The notes under the pieces are model-generated. The model saw only the letters and a list, made by a program, of their open reading frames with translations. It did not search any database and had not been told where the DNA came from. This document shows, in pieces, positions 51,641 through 61,535 of a stretch of 64,000 nucleotides of DNA; the stretch's first letter is position 1; each line of letters begins with the position of its first letter. The DNA comes from Halarcobacter sp. GTDB taxonomy: Bacteria > Campylobacterota > Campylobacteria > Campylobacterales > Arcobacteraceae. The stretch covers positions 256,001-320,000 of the forward strand of contig CP182352.1 in NCBI GenBank assembly GCA_048571215.1. Reading direction: 5' to 3'. The translations under genes and the position numbers were made by a program.

Positions 51641-54043
51641 ATGGTTGGAGCATTATGGACAGGGATTTCGGGGCTTGCGTCACAACAACAAGCACTAGAT
51701 AACGAATCAAATAATATAGCAAATGTTAATACAGTAGGATTTAAAGCATCTAGAATCTCTTTTGCAGACCAAATGTATCAAGATAGAATTGGTAAAGGTT
51801 CTAAAATATTAGATTCTGAAAAACTTTATACTCAAGGAAACTTAAAACTTACAGGAGTTGATTACGATTTAGCTCTTAGTGGAGAAGGTTTTTTTGTTGT
51901 AAAGAATACTAGACTAAGTGGAAGTTCTGAGGATAACTATACAAGAGCTGGAAACTTTAGGATGGGTGATAATGGAACCTTACAAGATGCAGCAGGAAAT
52001 GAAGTTCAAGGTTGGCCAATGGTGGCAATTGATCCTAAAGAAACAACTTCTACAAATCCAAATGTAACAATGTTTAATGATAATTATACAAAACTTTTAA
52101 GTTCAAAAATTATTAAACATGCAACTTTTGTTGAGACAATTACATCAAGAGCTACAGATTATACAAGTACAGCAAAAACAGATTCAGCAACTATATTTAG
52201 TGGAGCAGGATTAAAATCTAAATCTTCAAAGGTATCAGATATTGAAGAGGCTATTAAAAATTATTCAACATGGTTACAAAGACTATCAGAAGAACCAGAT
52301 GGCTCATCAGCAACTTCAACTGCACAAGTTTCACAAGTAAACTTCAAATCAGGAACAAATGGACTTGCATCAAGTGAGGGTGATCAAATATATGTATATA
52401 TAGATGGAACTAAACATTATCAAAACTATGTATCTACTGTAGCTAGTGATGAATTTAAGGAAAGTTTTTTAGATAGCACAGATACGGGTAATATGTCAGT
52501 TAGTACTACTACAAATGCAAATGATACTATAACTGTAACAGCAGCAGATTTAAGTAGATATTCATTAACAATTGATGGTGAAACTGTATTTTATGATTCA
52601 GATTCAAATGCTACACTAACAGAGATTGTGGAAGGTTTAGAAGCTGCAATAAAAGAAAATAATACTTTAGGTACAACATATAGTTTAACTACTGATACAG
52701 GTGCTGGTACTATTCAACTTGATGCTGCTCCAACATCTATTTCACAAGCAACTTATGCAAGTAATTTAACAATTGATTATGATATTGCTGCAAGTAGAGT
52801 TGAAACATATAAAGCACTGGCAAATAAACTTTCTGAAGTAACAGGCTTAAAAGCTTATTTAGTTGAAGAATCATCTGGTGGAGTAGATACAGACTTCTTA
52901 GAAAGTGGTGAAACATATAGAGCTAATACAAATGATTATACAGAGATGTTAAAAGGTATTATTCAAATTGAATCTTTAATTCCAGGGGTAGAGTTTAAAA
53001 TAACAGAAGTTGGTGAATCTTCTGGAGATACTACAAATATAGGTGACTATCAGACAAGTGTACTTGCATCAGCTGGTTCAGGTATTGGTGCACTTGAAAG
53101 CTCAAAAGAAGCTTTAGCTAGACTTATTACAGGAAATCAAAGGGATGTATATACAGCATCTGATTTAGGTCTTGATGGAACATCTTCATTTGACTTTACA
53201 TATGGGCTTACTATTTATGATAAAGAGTTAGGTGCAAATATACCAGTTCCTGGTGATGGTTCAACTAACCCTGCAAAACCATATAAAATCTTTATGGATG
53301 GCATAACTAGTGTTGATGATATGGTAGATTATATAAATGGGACAAACACTTATATAAATGTTGATGATACTGATGATACAATTCAAACTACAAGTTCATT
53401 TGTTTTATCTGATTATGTAAAAGCTAGTAATGTAAATGGTGCCTTAGTGATTGAAACCTTAGATTCAAACTATGATGTGGAGTTTAGTGGTTCTTTAAAA
53501 GTAGCAGATAGTGCAGCAACAGATGATGGTACAGCTACTCTTGCAGCAACATACACTCCTGTAGATAAAAACAGTGATTATAGTGGTAGAGCTGGTGCAG
53601 GTGCAGAGTTTATTGAACTTATAAATAAAGTTGACCAAACTGCTACTAAAGGTTCACTACAATTAAGACTTGATACTCTTGGTATCTCTGAATCTGCTTT
53701 TGGTTCATTTTCTGTTGATGATGCGGGTCTTATTACAATGACTCAAGATGGTGCAGACTTTGTTATTGGACAAGTTGCAATTGCACTATTTAACAACAAT
53801 AGAGGACTAGAACCTGTTGGGGATAACTTACTTGCTAAAAGTAATAACTCGGGGGATCCAATCTATAATTTAAACAATAATAAAACTGCTAGAATTGAGT
53901 CAAAAACTTTAGAATTAAGTACAGCAGATTTAAGTGAAAGTTTAGTTAACTTGATGGTATTTCAAAGAGCATTTGAAGCAAATGCAAAATCTATTACCAC
54001 ATCAGATACAATTCTAAACACTTTAATTAACTTAAAACGATAA
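51641..54043 (+). CDS. flgE: Flagellar hook protein (long)
   Basis: SNNIANVNTVGFK.SR..F, YTRAGNF, LELS..DLS..LV.LM..QRAFEANAK.ITTSD. Confidence 0.88.
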   Translation: MVGALWTGISGLASQQQALDNESNNIANVNTVGFKASRISFADQMYQDRIGKGSKILDSEKLYTQGNLKLTGVDYDLALSGEGFFVVKNTRLSGSSEDNYTRAGNFRMGDNGTLQDAAGNEVQGWPMVAIDPKETTSTNPNVTMFNDNYTKLLSSKIIKHATFVETITSRATDYTSTAKTDSATIFSGAGLKSKSSKVSDIEEAIKNYSTWLQRLSEEPDGSSATSTAQVSQVNFKSGTNGLASSEGDQIYVYIDGTKHYQNYVSTVASDEFKESFLDSTDTGNMSVSTTTNANDTITVTAADLSRYSLTIDGETVFYDSDSNATLTEIVEGLEAAIKENNTLGTTYSLTTDTGAGTIQLDAAPTSISQATYASNLTIDYDIAASRVETYKALANKLSEVTGLKAYLVEESSGGVDTDFLESGETYRANTNDYTEMLKGIIQIESLIPGVEFKITEVGESSGDTTNIGDYQTSVLASAGSGIGALESSKEALARLITGNQRDVYTASDLGLDGTSSFDFTYGLTIYDKELGANIPVPGDGSTNPAKPYKIFMDGITSVDDMVDYINGTNTYINVDDTDDTIQTTSSFVLSDYVKASNVNGALVIETLDSNYDVEFSGSLKVADSAATDDGTATLAATYTPVDKNSDYSGRAGAGAEFIELINKVDQTATKGSLQLRLDTLGISESAFGSFSVDDAGLITMTQDGADFVIGQVAIALFNNNRGLEPVGDNLLAKSNNSGDPIYNLNNNKTARIESKTLELSTADLSESLVNLMVFQRAFEANAKSITTSDTILNTLINLKR

Positions 54044-54050
54044 TATAAAA

Positions 54051-54070
54051 TAAGAGGTTTTAACCTCTTA
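54051..54070 (+). terminator. Stem-loop downstream of the long flgE
   Basis: taagaggt-ttta-acctctta. Confidence 0.55.
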
Positions 54071-54091
54071 CTTTATATCCTGAGGAAGAAA

Positions 54092-54421
54092 TTGGATAAT
54101 TTTTTATTAATAACAATAATTGGCATACTACTTTTATACTATTTTTCAAGTACAAATGTATATAAATCTTTGTATAGAAAGTTAAATGAAGAGAAAAATA
54201 TTCTTGAAGATGATAATAAAAAACTTCAAGAGATTATAAATAAATATGAAAAACAAGTTAAAGTTAGTGCAGCAACACTAAAAACAAATCAAGATAACCT
54301 TCAAGTTGCGAGGGAAGATATTCAAAAACTAAGGCTAGAAAATAGTGAACTTAAGCATGAAATTGAGAGTTTAGAAAAAAGAACAGAAGAACTTTATGCT
54401 CAGGTAAATACATTGATTTAA
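54092..54421 (+). CDS. Small TM-anchored coiled-coil protein
   Basis: N-terminal hydrophobic helix then heptads; GAGG RBS, TTG start. Confidence 0.7.
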   Translation: MDNFLLITIIGILLLYYFSSTNVYKSLYRKLNEEKNILEDDNKKLQEIINKYEKQVKVSAATLKTNQDNLQVAREDIQKLRLENSELKHEIESLEKRTEELYAQVNTLI

Positions 54422-54429
54422 GGGGTTTT

Positions 54430-56418
54430 GTGAAAGTTTTTTATTTTTTCTTTTCAATCTTTTATATCACTACACTTTTACATGCAGATAAAATAGACTC
54501 TCAACCAGATATCTTATTTAAGTATGATAAAATACAAAAAAACCAAGAAAAATTTAGATTGCAAGTTGAGTTTAATAAAGCTGTTTTATTATTAGAGAAG
54601 GGTGAATATAAGAAAGCTATAGAGATGTTTAAAACAACTTCAGAAATTTTAAAAATACCATCTTTTTTAAATATTGGTATAGCGTATTATAAACTTAAAC
54701 AAAAAGAGAATGCTCTTTTATATCTAAACAATATTTATGAATATAAAGAAGCTATTTATACAGATACATATTCATATATTTCAGCTGCATATTATCTTTA
54801 TCAAATTAATGATAACAGAGATTATTTAAATACAATTATTAATATAACAAAAAAATATAAAAATCTTACAGAACACTCTAAAAGGTTAGTAGTAGATACG
54901 TATATTTTATTGAAAAATTATGAAAATGCCTTAAATGTTTTAAAAACAATGCAGTTTCAAGATGATCTAAAAATTGCACTTTTATATTTAAAGTTAAAAA
55001 ACTATGCAAGTGCAGAAAAATTTTTTATACAAGCAAAAGAGAAAAGTTTTAATCGAAATAGAATAGATGAAATACTTTGGTTTATGGTATTTAGAGATTT
55101 AAAATCAAATCAATTAGAAAAATTGAAAGAACATTTAGATGAGATAAAGGATAGAAAAGATAGCTTTAAGATCAACTTGAGTTATCCTTTAGAGATATTT
55201 TTTAATAGAAATAAATATAGCACAAAAGAGTATTTGTCTTTTATAACTAAATTTTCTAAGGATAGAAAAATAGATTATATTTATTATTTTGCTCCTTTTA
55301 TTTTTTCTGACACCCAAGAGATTGTTTACGATATGTCACGGGGATTTATCTTTAAAGATAAACAAAATGTACAAAGTCTAGAAAAAATGGTTGCGTATAA
55401 TTCTAAATTTATTGATATTATTAAAGATGATCCAATTGTTAGAGTAAAAAAATTAAAAGAATATATAAAAGAGGACTCAACCTCTTATATATATTATAAT
55501 CTTGCTTTATGTTATGCTCAAATTTTTGATTATCACAATGCATATAAATATTTTTCAAAAGCATATAAGTTAAATCCAGGGAATAAATTATACTCAACAA
55601 TGACATTAATAACAGCAGATAAAATTGATTTAAAAGTTGCAGATTTTGAGTATATCGAAAAAAATATTAGGTCAAATAATGGTTTATATAAATATTTTGG
55701 ACAAACCTTATATAAAATAATGTTTAATCCAGAATTTGTAGTAAATGTTAAAGGAGAAATTTATTTACAAACAATTTTCTACAAGGCCTTAGATTATCTA
55801 ATAAAAATGGAAGATGGTACAGTTACTGCAGAACATCCTTTATTATTAGAATACTACAAGGACCCATTAGTATATCTATTAGATTTAACTTTAAGAAGAA
55901 AAAATGAGAATGATTTTAAATACTTTGCAAGATTACAAGATAATACTCCACTTAAAATTAATAATAATTTTCTAGAAGGACCACCTATTATAACCAGCTT
56001 TTATTTTGATTTATTAAAGGCAATTGGATTATTTGATAGGGCAGATTTTTCACAAAGTGGTATTCAAAGTCCAACATATCTTAGAACAAAAGCTTTAGTT
56101 GACTTACATGAAAACAAACCCCAAAGCACTTTGAAGATTTTAAATAAACTACAAAAAAAGTATAAATTAGAAGATAAATATACAATGTTTTTAATAGTTG
56201 CAGCTTATTTAAGTGAAAATAAATACAATGAAGCTTCTTTACAAATATCATTAATAGAAGCCATATTAAAAGATGCAGATGCAGATTTTTTAACTGGTGT
56301 TCAGTTAATTCAAGAATTGAAACTAAGTAATGTTTCTCACTATTTTAAAAAACCATATATGGATTCAATTATTGATTTTAGATTAAAAAATTTAGATAAT
56401 TTTTTAGAGTCTATGTAA
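54430..56418 (+). CDS. Secreted TPR-repeat protein (possible motor scaffold)
   Basis: Signal peptide; TPR motifs (LNIGIAYY, YYNLALCYA...AY.LNP). Confidence 0.75.
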   Translation: MKVFYFFFSIFYITTLLHADKIDSQPDILFKYDKIQKNQEKFRLQVEFNKAVLLLEKGEYKKAIEMFKTTSEILKIPSFLNIGIAYYKLKQKENALLYLNNIYEYKEAIYTDTYSYISAAYYLYQINDNRDYLNTIINITKKYKNLTEHSKRLVVDTYILLKNYENALNVLKTMQFQDDLKIALLYLKLKNYASAEKFFIQAKEKSFNRNRIDEILWFMVFRDLKSNQLEKLKEHLDEIKDRKDSFKINLSYPLEIFFNRNKYSTKEYLSFITKFSKDRKIDYIYYFAPFIFSDTQEIVYDMSRGFIFKDKQNVQSLEKMVAYNSKFIDIIKDDPIVRVKKLKEYIKEDSTSYIYYNLALCYAQIFDYHNAYKYFSKAYKLNPGNKLYSTMTLITADKIDLKVADFEYIEKNIRSNNGLYKYFGQTLYKIMFNPEFVVNVKGEIYLQTIFYKALDYLIKMEDGTVTAEHPLLLEYYKDPLVYLLDLTLRRKNENDFKYFARLQDNTPLKINNNFLEGPPIITSFYFDLLKAIGLFDRADFSQSGIQSPTYLRTKALVDLHENKPQSTLKILNKLQKKYKLEDKYTMFLIVAAYLSENKYNEASLQISLIEAILKDADADFLTGVQLIQELKLSNVSHYFKKPYMDSIIDFRLKNLDNFLESM

Positions 56419-56474
56419 ATAAAATTTATTAGTTATTATATTTTAGCAAGCTTTCATATAATTTAATCTTTTTT

Positions 56475-56483
56475 TGATATAAT
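56475..56483 (+). promoter_or_regulatory. Extended -10 sigma70-type promoter for the flaG-like/fliY/motAB run
   Basis: TGaTATAAT upstream of an AAGGAG RBS. Confidence 0.6.
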
Positions 56484-56516
56484 AGTTCATTATACAAACT
56501 TTTAAAGGAGACTATT

Positions 56517-56840
56517 ATGGAATTAGGTAGAATTGCAGAAATAGACAATGCAAAAGTTAATGAAATTGAAAAAGTAAAGTCAGTAAAAGAAGTAGATGAA
56601 AAGTCTAAAATGGTAGAGGATGAACAACATCGTTCAGCCAAAAGTAAATCTAATGAAACACAAGTAAATGAAGTTATTTTAGATAATATAAAGTTTGGAT
56701 ACAACAAATCATCAAAAGACTTTTTTGTAAAAGTAACAAGAGGTGATGTGGAGTATAAGTATCCTACTGAAGATATGATGAAAATAAAAGCACAAGTACT
56801 TAGTTTGTTAGAAGAACAACAAAAAGAATCTAATAATTAA
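56517..56840 (+). CDS. FlaG-like flagellar protein
   Basis: IKFGYN....DFFVKV.....YP.ED...I resembles the FlaG C-terminus. Confidence 0.55.
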   Translation: MELGRIAEIDNAKVNEIEKVKSVKEVDEKSKMVEDEQHRSAKSKSNETQVNEVILDNIKFGYNKSSKDFFVKVTRGDVEYKYPTEDMMKIKAQVLSLLEEQQKESNN

Positions 56841-56851
56841 AAGGTTAGTCA

Positions 56852-57769
56852 TTGGCATCTGATTTATCAAGTTTTTTAAAAGATGAATTAGCTAATACAT
56901 TGGAGCAGTTGCTTTCTAAAAGCGTATCAGTTGATGCTGTAAGTCAGCTTGATACTGAAACTTTAGAAGACTCTCAATGTATTAATATTTCAGTTAAGTT
57001 AGAGTTTGCAGATATATCATCACCTTTGCAATTTTTTATCCCTACAATCACTGCAACAAAATTTGAATATTTTATGTTGGGTGGAATGGGAGATTTAAAA
57101 GAACATATTGATGATGAAATAACTGATGCAGTTAATGAAATTATCTCAAATGTATGTGGTAGTTTTTGCACTACAGTTAATGCACAAGGATTCCCAGATG
57201 TTTCAGCTGTCAAATCAGAAGTTTTAAACTCAAGTATTAAGGATTGCTCTGAAATTAAAGGCTTAAACAATATATTTTTCTTTGATTTATCTTTGGATAA
57301 TGAAAAACTACCAATTTATATAAGTTTTGATGAGATGATATCTCCTTATTTTTCTCAAATTACTGGATATACAGAAGGTGGAGATGGTGTAAAATCTTTA
57401 GATAGTAATATTGTTTCAAGTGGGGCGAGCTCTAGTTCTAATAATCAAACATCTAATAATTCTAATAAATTAGGAATAAGTTCACTACTTTCAGAAGAAT
57501 CAGCAGAAAATCTTCAATTATTATTTGGTATAAAACTAAAACTTAGCGTACGTTTAGGAACAAAAAATGTTTTATTAAAAGATATCTTAAGATGGGATAT
57601 TGGAGAGATTATTGAATTAGAACAAATGGTAAATGAACCCTTAGAGATTTTAGTAAATGGAATTAAAATTGGAGAGGGTGAAGCTGTTATTGTTGAGGGT
57701 AAATTTGGTTTGAAAGTAAAAAATATAGGCGATGGATCTTCTAGATTGAGTCAGATAGGATTAAAGTAG
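56852..57769 (+). CDS. fliY: FliY-type switch protein (CheC-like plus SPOA domains)
   Basis: DAVNEIISN middle domain; C-terminal LSVRLG, GEIIELEQ..NEPLEILVNG..IG.GE. Confidence 0.75.
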   Translation: MASDLSSFLKDELANTLEQLLSKSVSVDAVSQLDTETLEDSQCINISVKLEFADISSPLQFFIPTITATKFEYFMLGGMGDLKEHIDDEITDAVNEIISNVCGSFCTTVNAQGFPDVSAVKSEVLNSSIKDCSEIKGLNNIFFFDLSLDNEKLPIYISFDEMISPYFSQITGYTEGGDGVKSLDSNIVSSGASSSSNNQTSNNSNKLGISSLLSEESAENLQLLFGIKLKLSVRLGTKNVLLKDILRWDIGEIIELEQMVNEPLEILVNGIKIGEGEAVIVEGKFGLKVKNIGDGSSRLSQIGLK

Positions 57770-58525
57770 ATGGATAAGAGTACAGCTGGTGGTTTAGGTG
57801 GTGGTTGGGCATTAGTTGCCTTAGCTATTATTCTAGGTGGAGTAGGATTTGGACCCTACTTAGATATCCCTTCTGTTATTATTGTTGTTGGTGGTACAAT
57901 TGCAGTTACAGCAGGACAGTTTGAAGCAGCTGATTTAAAAAGAATCACTCCTGCAATAAAAGTTGCAATGAATGAGGTAAAAGTTGAATCTTTACCTGAA
58001 TTGGTTGAAAAGATTATATTTTATGCAACAGAGATAAAAAAACATGGGGTTATGCATATTGAGCAGAAAGTTTTAGAAGAACAAAATCCATTTTTTAAAG
58101 AGGCTTTTCAACTTTTAGTTGATGGTACAAAAGCAGAAACTATACAACCTTTGCTTGAAACCAAATTGGAGTATATGAGTAAAAGACATAATGTAATGAT
58201 AAGTATTTTTGGTAATATTGGTGGTACAGCTGGTGCTATGGGTATGATTGGTACGCTTGTTGGATTAGTTGCCATGTTGGCAAACTTATCAGATCCAGCT
58301 TCAGTTGGTCCTGCAATGGCTGTTGCCTTACTTACTACAATGTATGGTGCTTTAATTGGTACTTTATTTGCAGGTGTTATAGAAAGTAAGTTAGCACAAA
58401 AACATGGTCTTGAAGAGACTTCTTGTGAAGTGATTATTAATGGGGTTACAATGATTGCAAATGAGGAATCAATTGGTAATATAAAAATGCAATTGAACTC
58501 TATATTGGTTGAAACACAAGAGTAA
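57770..58525 (+). CDS. motA: Stator A subunit (PomA-like)
   Basis: D.PS..IV.GGT, MGMIGTLVGLVAML, GPAMAVALLTT.YG. Confidence 0.93.
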   Translation: MDKSTAGGLGGGWALVALAIILGGVGFGPYLDIPSVIIVVGGTIAVTAGQFEAADLKRITPAIKVAMNEVKVESLPELVEKIIFYATEIKKHGVMHIEQKVLEEQNPFFKEAFQLLVDGTKAETIQPLLETKLEYMSKRHNVMISIFGNIGGTAGAMGMIGTLVGLVAMLANLSDPASVGPAMAVALLTTMYGALIGTLFAGVIESKLAQKHGLEETSCEVIINGVTMIANEESIGNIKMQLNSILVETQE

Positions 58526-58528
58526 AAA

Positions 58529-59305
58529 ATGGCAAAAAAATGTCCTGAATGTCCTAAATGCTTACCTGGTTGGCTTGTTCAATTTGGTGATTTAATGTCA
58601 TTATTACTAACTTTTTTTATTTTATTATTATCTATGGCAGTAATGGATAAGAAAAAAGTTGAAGAGTATTTTGATATTATGAAAAAAGCGATGGGTTTTA
58701 TAGATGCATCTACTGATGTTCAAACCCAATCTGATATGTACTCAACAGAACAAAGTAATTCACAAAGTGATAATACAGAATCAACTACCACTGAAGATGC
58801 AGTTCAAGATACTTCAGAACAGATATCTGATGTGGTTCAACAGATGAATGATATGACAATAGTTGATAGTCAACAGATTCAACTTGAAAAAGGAAAAAAT
58901 GAGTTTACTTTAGATATCCCATCAACCATTATGTTTAATGAGGGAGAGTATGAGTTAAGTAATGCAAACTCAAAAAGATTTATTGCAAAAATTGCAAGAG
59001 TAATTAGAACTATGCCACACTCTTTTAATATAGAAATTATTGGACACACAGCAAGAAGTAGTTTTTCAAGTAAGTCAATACCAAGAGATAATTGGGATTT
59101 GTCAGCATTAAGAGCAATTTCTGTTGTAAAGGAGTTAATCAAAAATAGAATTGACCCTGCAACATTAAAAGTTGCAGCATACGCTTCATATCATCCAAAA
59201 AGTGAAATGGCAGCTGATAATCGAAGAGTTGAGATGAGATTCTTTTCAAGTGATAATAAAAATGATATACTTAGTGAAGAGAATTTTTTTGATAGATTGG
59301 AGTAA
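58529..59305 (+). CDS. motB: Stator B subunit (PomB-like)
   Basis: W...FGDLMSLLLTFFILL; OmpA-like GHT, NWDLSA.RA, NRRVE. Confidence 0.93.
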   Translation: MAKKCPECPKCLPGWLVQFGDLMSLLLTFFILLLSMAVMDKKKVEEYFDIMKKAMGFIDASTDVQTQSDMYSTEQSNSQSDNTESTTTEDAVQDTSEQISDVVQQMNDMTIVDSQQIQLEKGKNEFTLDIPSTIMFNEGEYELSNANSKRFIAKIARVIRTMPHSFNIEIIGHTARSSFSSKSIPRDNWDLSALRAISVVKELIKNRIDPATLKVAAYASYHPKSEMAADNRRVEMRFFSSDNKNDILSEENFFDRLE

Positions 59306-59616
59306 TGATGCAAATAGATACAAATTCAATTGATATGGCTACAATAAGAGCTAATAGTCTAGATCAAAACAAATATAAGAATATGGATAGTTCAAAATTA
59401 GAAGATGAAGCTTTAAGAAAAGTTAGTGATGATTTTGAATCATTTTTTATGCAACAACTTCTTGATGTTTCATTAAAAAATGTAAAATTTGCAGGTGAGG
59501 GGACAGGCTCTGATATAATTAAAGGGATGTACACAGAAGCTATTGCAAAAGAATCTGCAGGTACAGTTGGAATTAGTGATTTACTTTACAATTTCTTAAG
59601 CGAACGTAAAAAATAA
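59305..59616 (+). CDS. FlgJ-like rod-binding protein without muramidase domain
   Basis: L......FES.F..Q.L and G..G..D.LY motifs. Confidence 0.7.
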   Translation: MMQIDTNSIDMATIRANSLDQNKYKNMDSSKLEDEALRKVSDDFESFFMQQLLDVSLKNVKFAGEGTGSDIIKGMYTEAIAKESAGTVGISDLLYNFLSERKK

Positions 59617-59625
59617 GGCTATATC

Positions 59626-60003
59626 ATGGTTGATCAAATAATAGATGAGATGACAGAACTAGTAAGTAAAATGCAAGATTATATTAAACAAGATATTGAA
59701 GATATAAAAGAAGCAAAACATGAACAGCTTTTAAATAGAAATGAAGAAAAAGAGTTTATGATTGAAAAAATTGCAGATTATAAAAAGCAATTAAATCAGG
59801 AAATTGTAAATCAACTTCAAGATGGAGTTGATGTAAATATTTATAGGGAGAGGGTTGATAACTTAGAAGAGGAATTAAAAACTCTTTATAAACTTAATAG
59901 AAAATTAGCATTAATAGTTGAACCTATACAACAAATGTATAAAGAGATAGTAAATGAAATTACTGAAATGAATGGGGGTAATATTTTTGATGTTAAGGCA
60001 TAA
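59626..60003 (+). CDS. Helical protein, possibly FlgN-like chaperone
   Basis: All-helical, L.KLNR..A motif, position after the rod-binding gene. Confidence 0.45.
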   Translation: MVDQIIDEMTELVSKMQDYIKQDIEDIKEAKHEQLLNRNEEKEFMIEKIADYKKQLNQEIVNQLQDGVDVNIYRERVDNLEEELKTLYKLNRKLALIVEPIQQMYKEIVNEITEMNGGNIFDVKA

Positions 60004-60391
60004 ATGTCTTCTAGTCTTTTTTCTTTTTATAAATTTAAATCTATTTGCAAATGGTATTTTGATTGCTAATAAAAATATTGCATATAAAAGTGAACTTTCA
60101 CAAGAAGATTTGACTACCGTATCAAATGCTTTTAAGAAGAAGTATTGTGAACCAATAACTTTAGAGATGATTAAAGATAAAAAATATATTACAAAAAGAT
60201 ATATAAAAAAAGGTACAGTTATTTGTAAAGATGATATTACTGTTTATAAAAAAAATAGTGTAATATTTAATTTTGGTTCTATTCAAATAGAAAGAAATGG
60301 AAAACTTATTTTTGAAAATGATGAGTATATAAAGATAAAAAAAGATAATGGGGATATTGAAAAAATATATAAAGATGGAAGAATTGAATGA
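59972..60391 (+). CDS. Secreted FlgA-like (SAF domain) protein; start uncertain
   Basis: Signal peptide, A.KNI....L...DL, KR.I.KG.VI. Confidence 0.5.
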   Translation: MGVIFLMLRHKCLLVFFLFINLNLFANGILIANKNIAYKSELSQEDLTTVSNAFKKKYCEPITLEMIKDKKYITKRYIKKGTVICKDDITVYKKNSVIFNFGSIQIERNGKLIFENDEYIKIKKDNGDIEKIYKDGRIE

Positions 60392-61533
60392 ATATGCTCT
60401 CTTTTTTAGGTGAAACACCTACTATTGCTCTAAGAAAAGCACAAGAAGAGTGTGGTGAAGAAGCAATAGTTATATCAACAAAAAAAATTTCAAGTGAAGC
60501 TGACGGCAAAAAAAACATGTATGAAGTTATTGTTGCCCTTGAAGATGATGAAAAACAGGTAAAATATGCTAAAAAAGTTGTTTCTCAAGCGGAAGATCAT
60601 AAGCCAAAAGTGGAAGCCAAGTTTTATGATTTTAGAGAAGAGATTCTTAAAATGCAAGATGCAATTATGCAGGTACAAAAGACACTTTGGGATCCAAAAA
60701 GTCAACTTTATGATTTAACTATACCACCTGAGTTTGTAGATATTTATAATCTTTTTGAAGATAATGAGTTTGATCAAGAGATGACTTATACCATTATGAA
60801 AAAGACCATAAAACAGCTGCCTGTTGCACTTAAAGCTAATCCAAAAAAAGTGAACAATTTTTTTAAATTGGTACTTAGAAGAATTATCCCTATTAAGCAA
60901 GAGATACCCTTAAGAAAACACCAAAGAAAGATTATTATGATGGTTGGACCAACAGGGGTTGGTAAAACAACAACTATTGCAAAATTAGCTGCAAGATATG
61001 CCTATAAGTTAGGACAAAACTATAAGGTGGGAATTGTTACTTTAGATTCTTTTAGAGTGGGTGCTATAGAGCAACTTCAAGCATATACAAATATTATGAG
61101 ATTGCCACTAGAAGTTGCAAAAAAACCTGAAGATTTAGTTGAAGCCTTATTGCGATTGAAAGATTGCAATTATATTTTTATAGATACAGCAGGTTCTAGT
61201 CAATATGATGTAGATAAAATTGAGATGATTAATGAGTATCAAGAAAGAGTAAGTGAATTACCTATTGAAAAAGTTTTAGTACTGCCAGCTAATGTAAAAC
61301 ATAGTGATTTAATTGAAATCTATGCAAACTATTCTAGGTTGAGTATCGACTTCTTAACCTTTACTAAGCTTGATGAGACAAAGAGCTTTGGAAACCTTAT
61401 ATCTTTTGCCCATAAAACAAAAAAATCTATTACTTACTTTTCTATTGGTCAAAATGTACCTGATGATTTAATTGTATCTGACTCCTCTTTTTTAATTGAT
61501 TGTTTTATGAATAATGCTTGTACTAGGAATTAA
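60388..61533 (+). CDS. flhF: Flagellar GTPase FlhF
   Basis: GPTGVGKTTTIAKLAA, D.FR.GA.EQL, DTAG, TKLDE, GQNVP.D. Confidence 0.95.
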   Translation: MNMLSFLGETPTIALRKAQEECGEEAIVISTKKISSEADGKKNMYEVIVALEDDEKQVKYAKKVVSQAEDHKPKVEAKFYDFREEILKMQDAIMQVQKTLWDPKSQLYDLTIPPEFVDIYNLFEDNEFDQEMTYTIMKKTIKQLPVALKANPKKVNNFFKLVLRRIIPIKQEIPLRKHQRKIIMMVGPTGVGKTTTIAKLAARYAYKLGQNYKVGIVTLDSFRVGAIEQLQAYTNIMRLPLEVAKKPEDLVEALLRLKDCNYIFIDTAGSSQYDVDKIEMINEYQERVSELPIEKVLVLPANVKHSDLIEIYANYSRLSIDFLTFTKLDETKSFGNLISFAHKTKKSITYFSIGQNVPDDLIVSDSSFLIDCFMNNACTRN

Positions 61534-61535
61534 TT

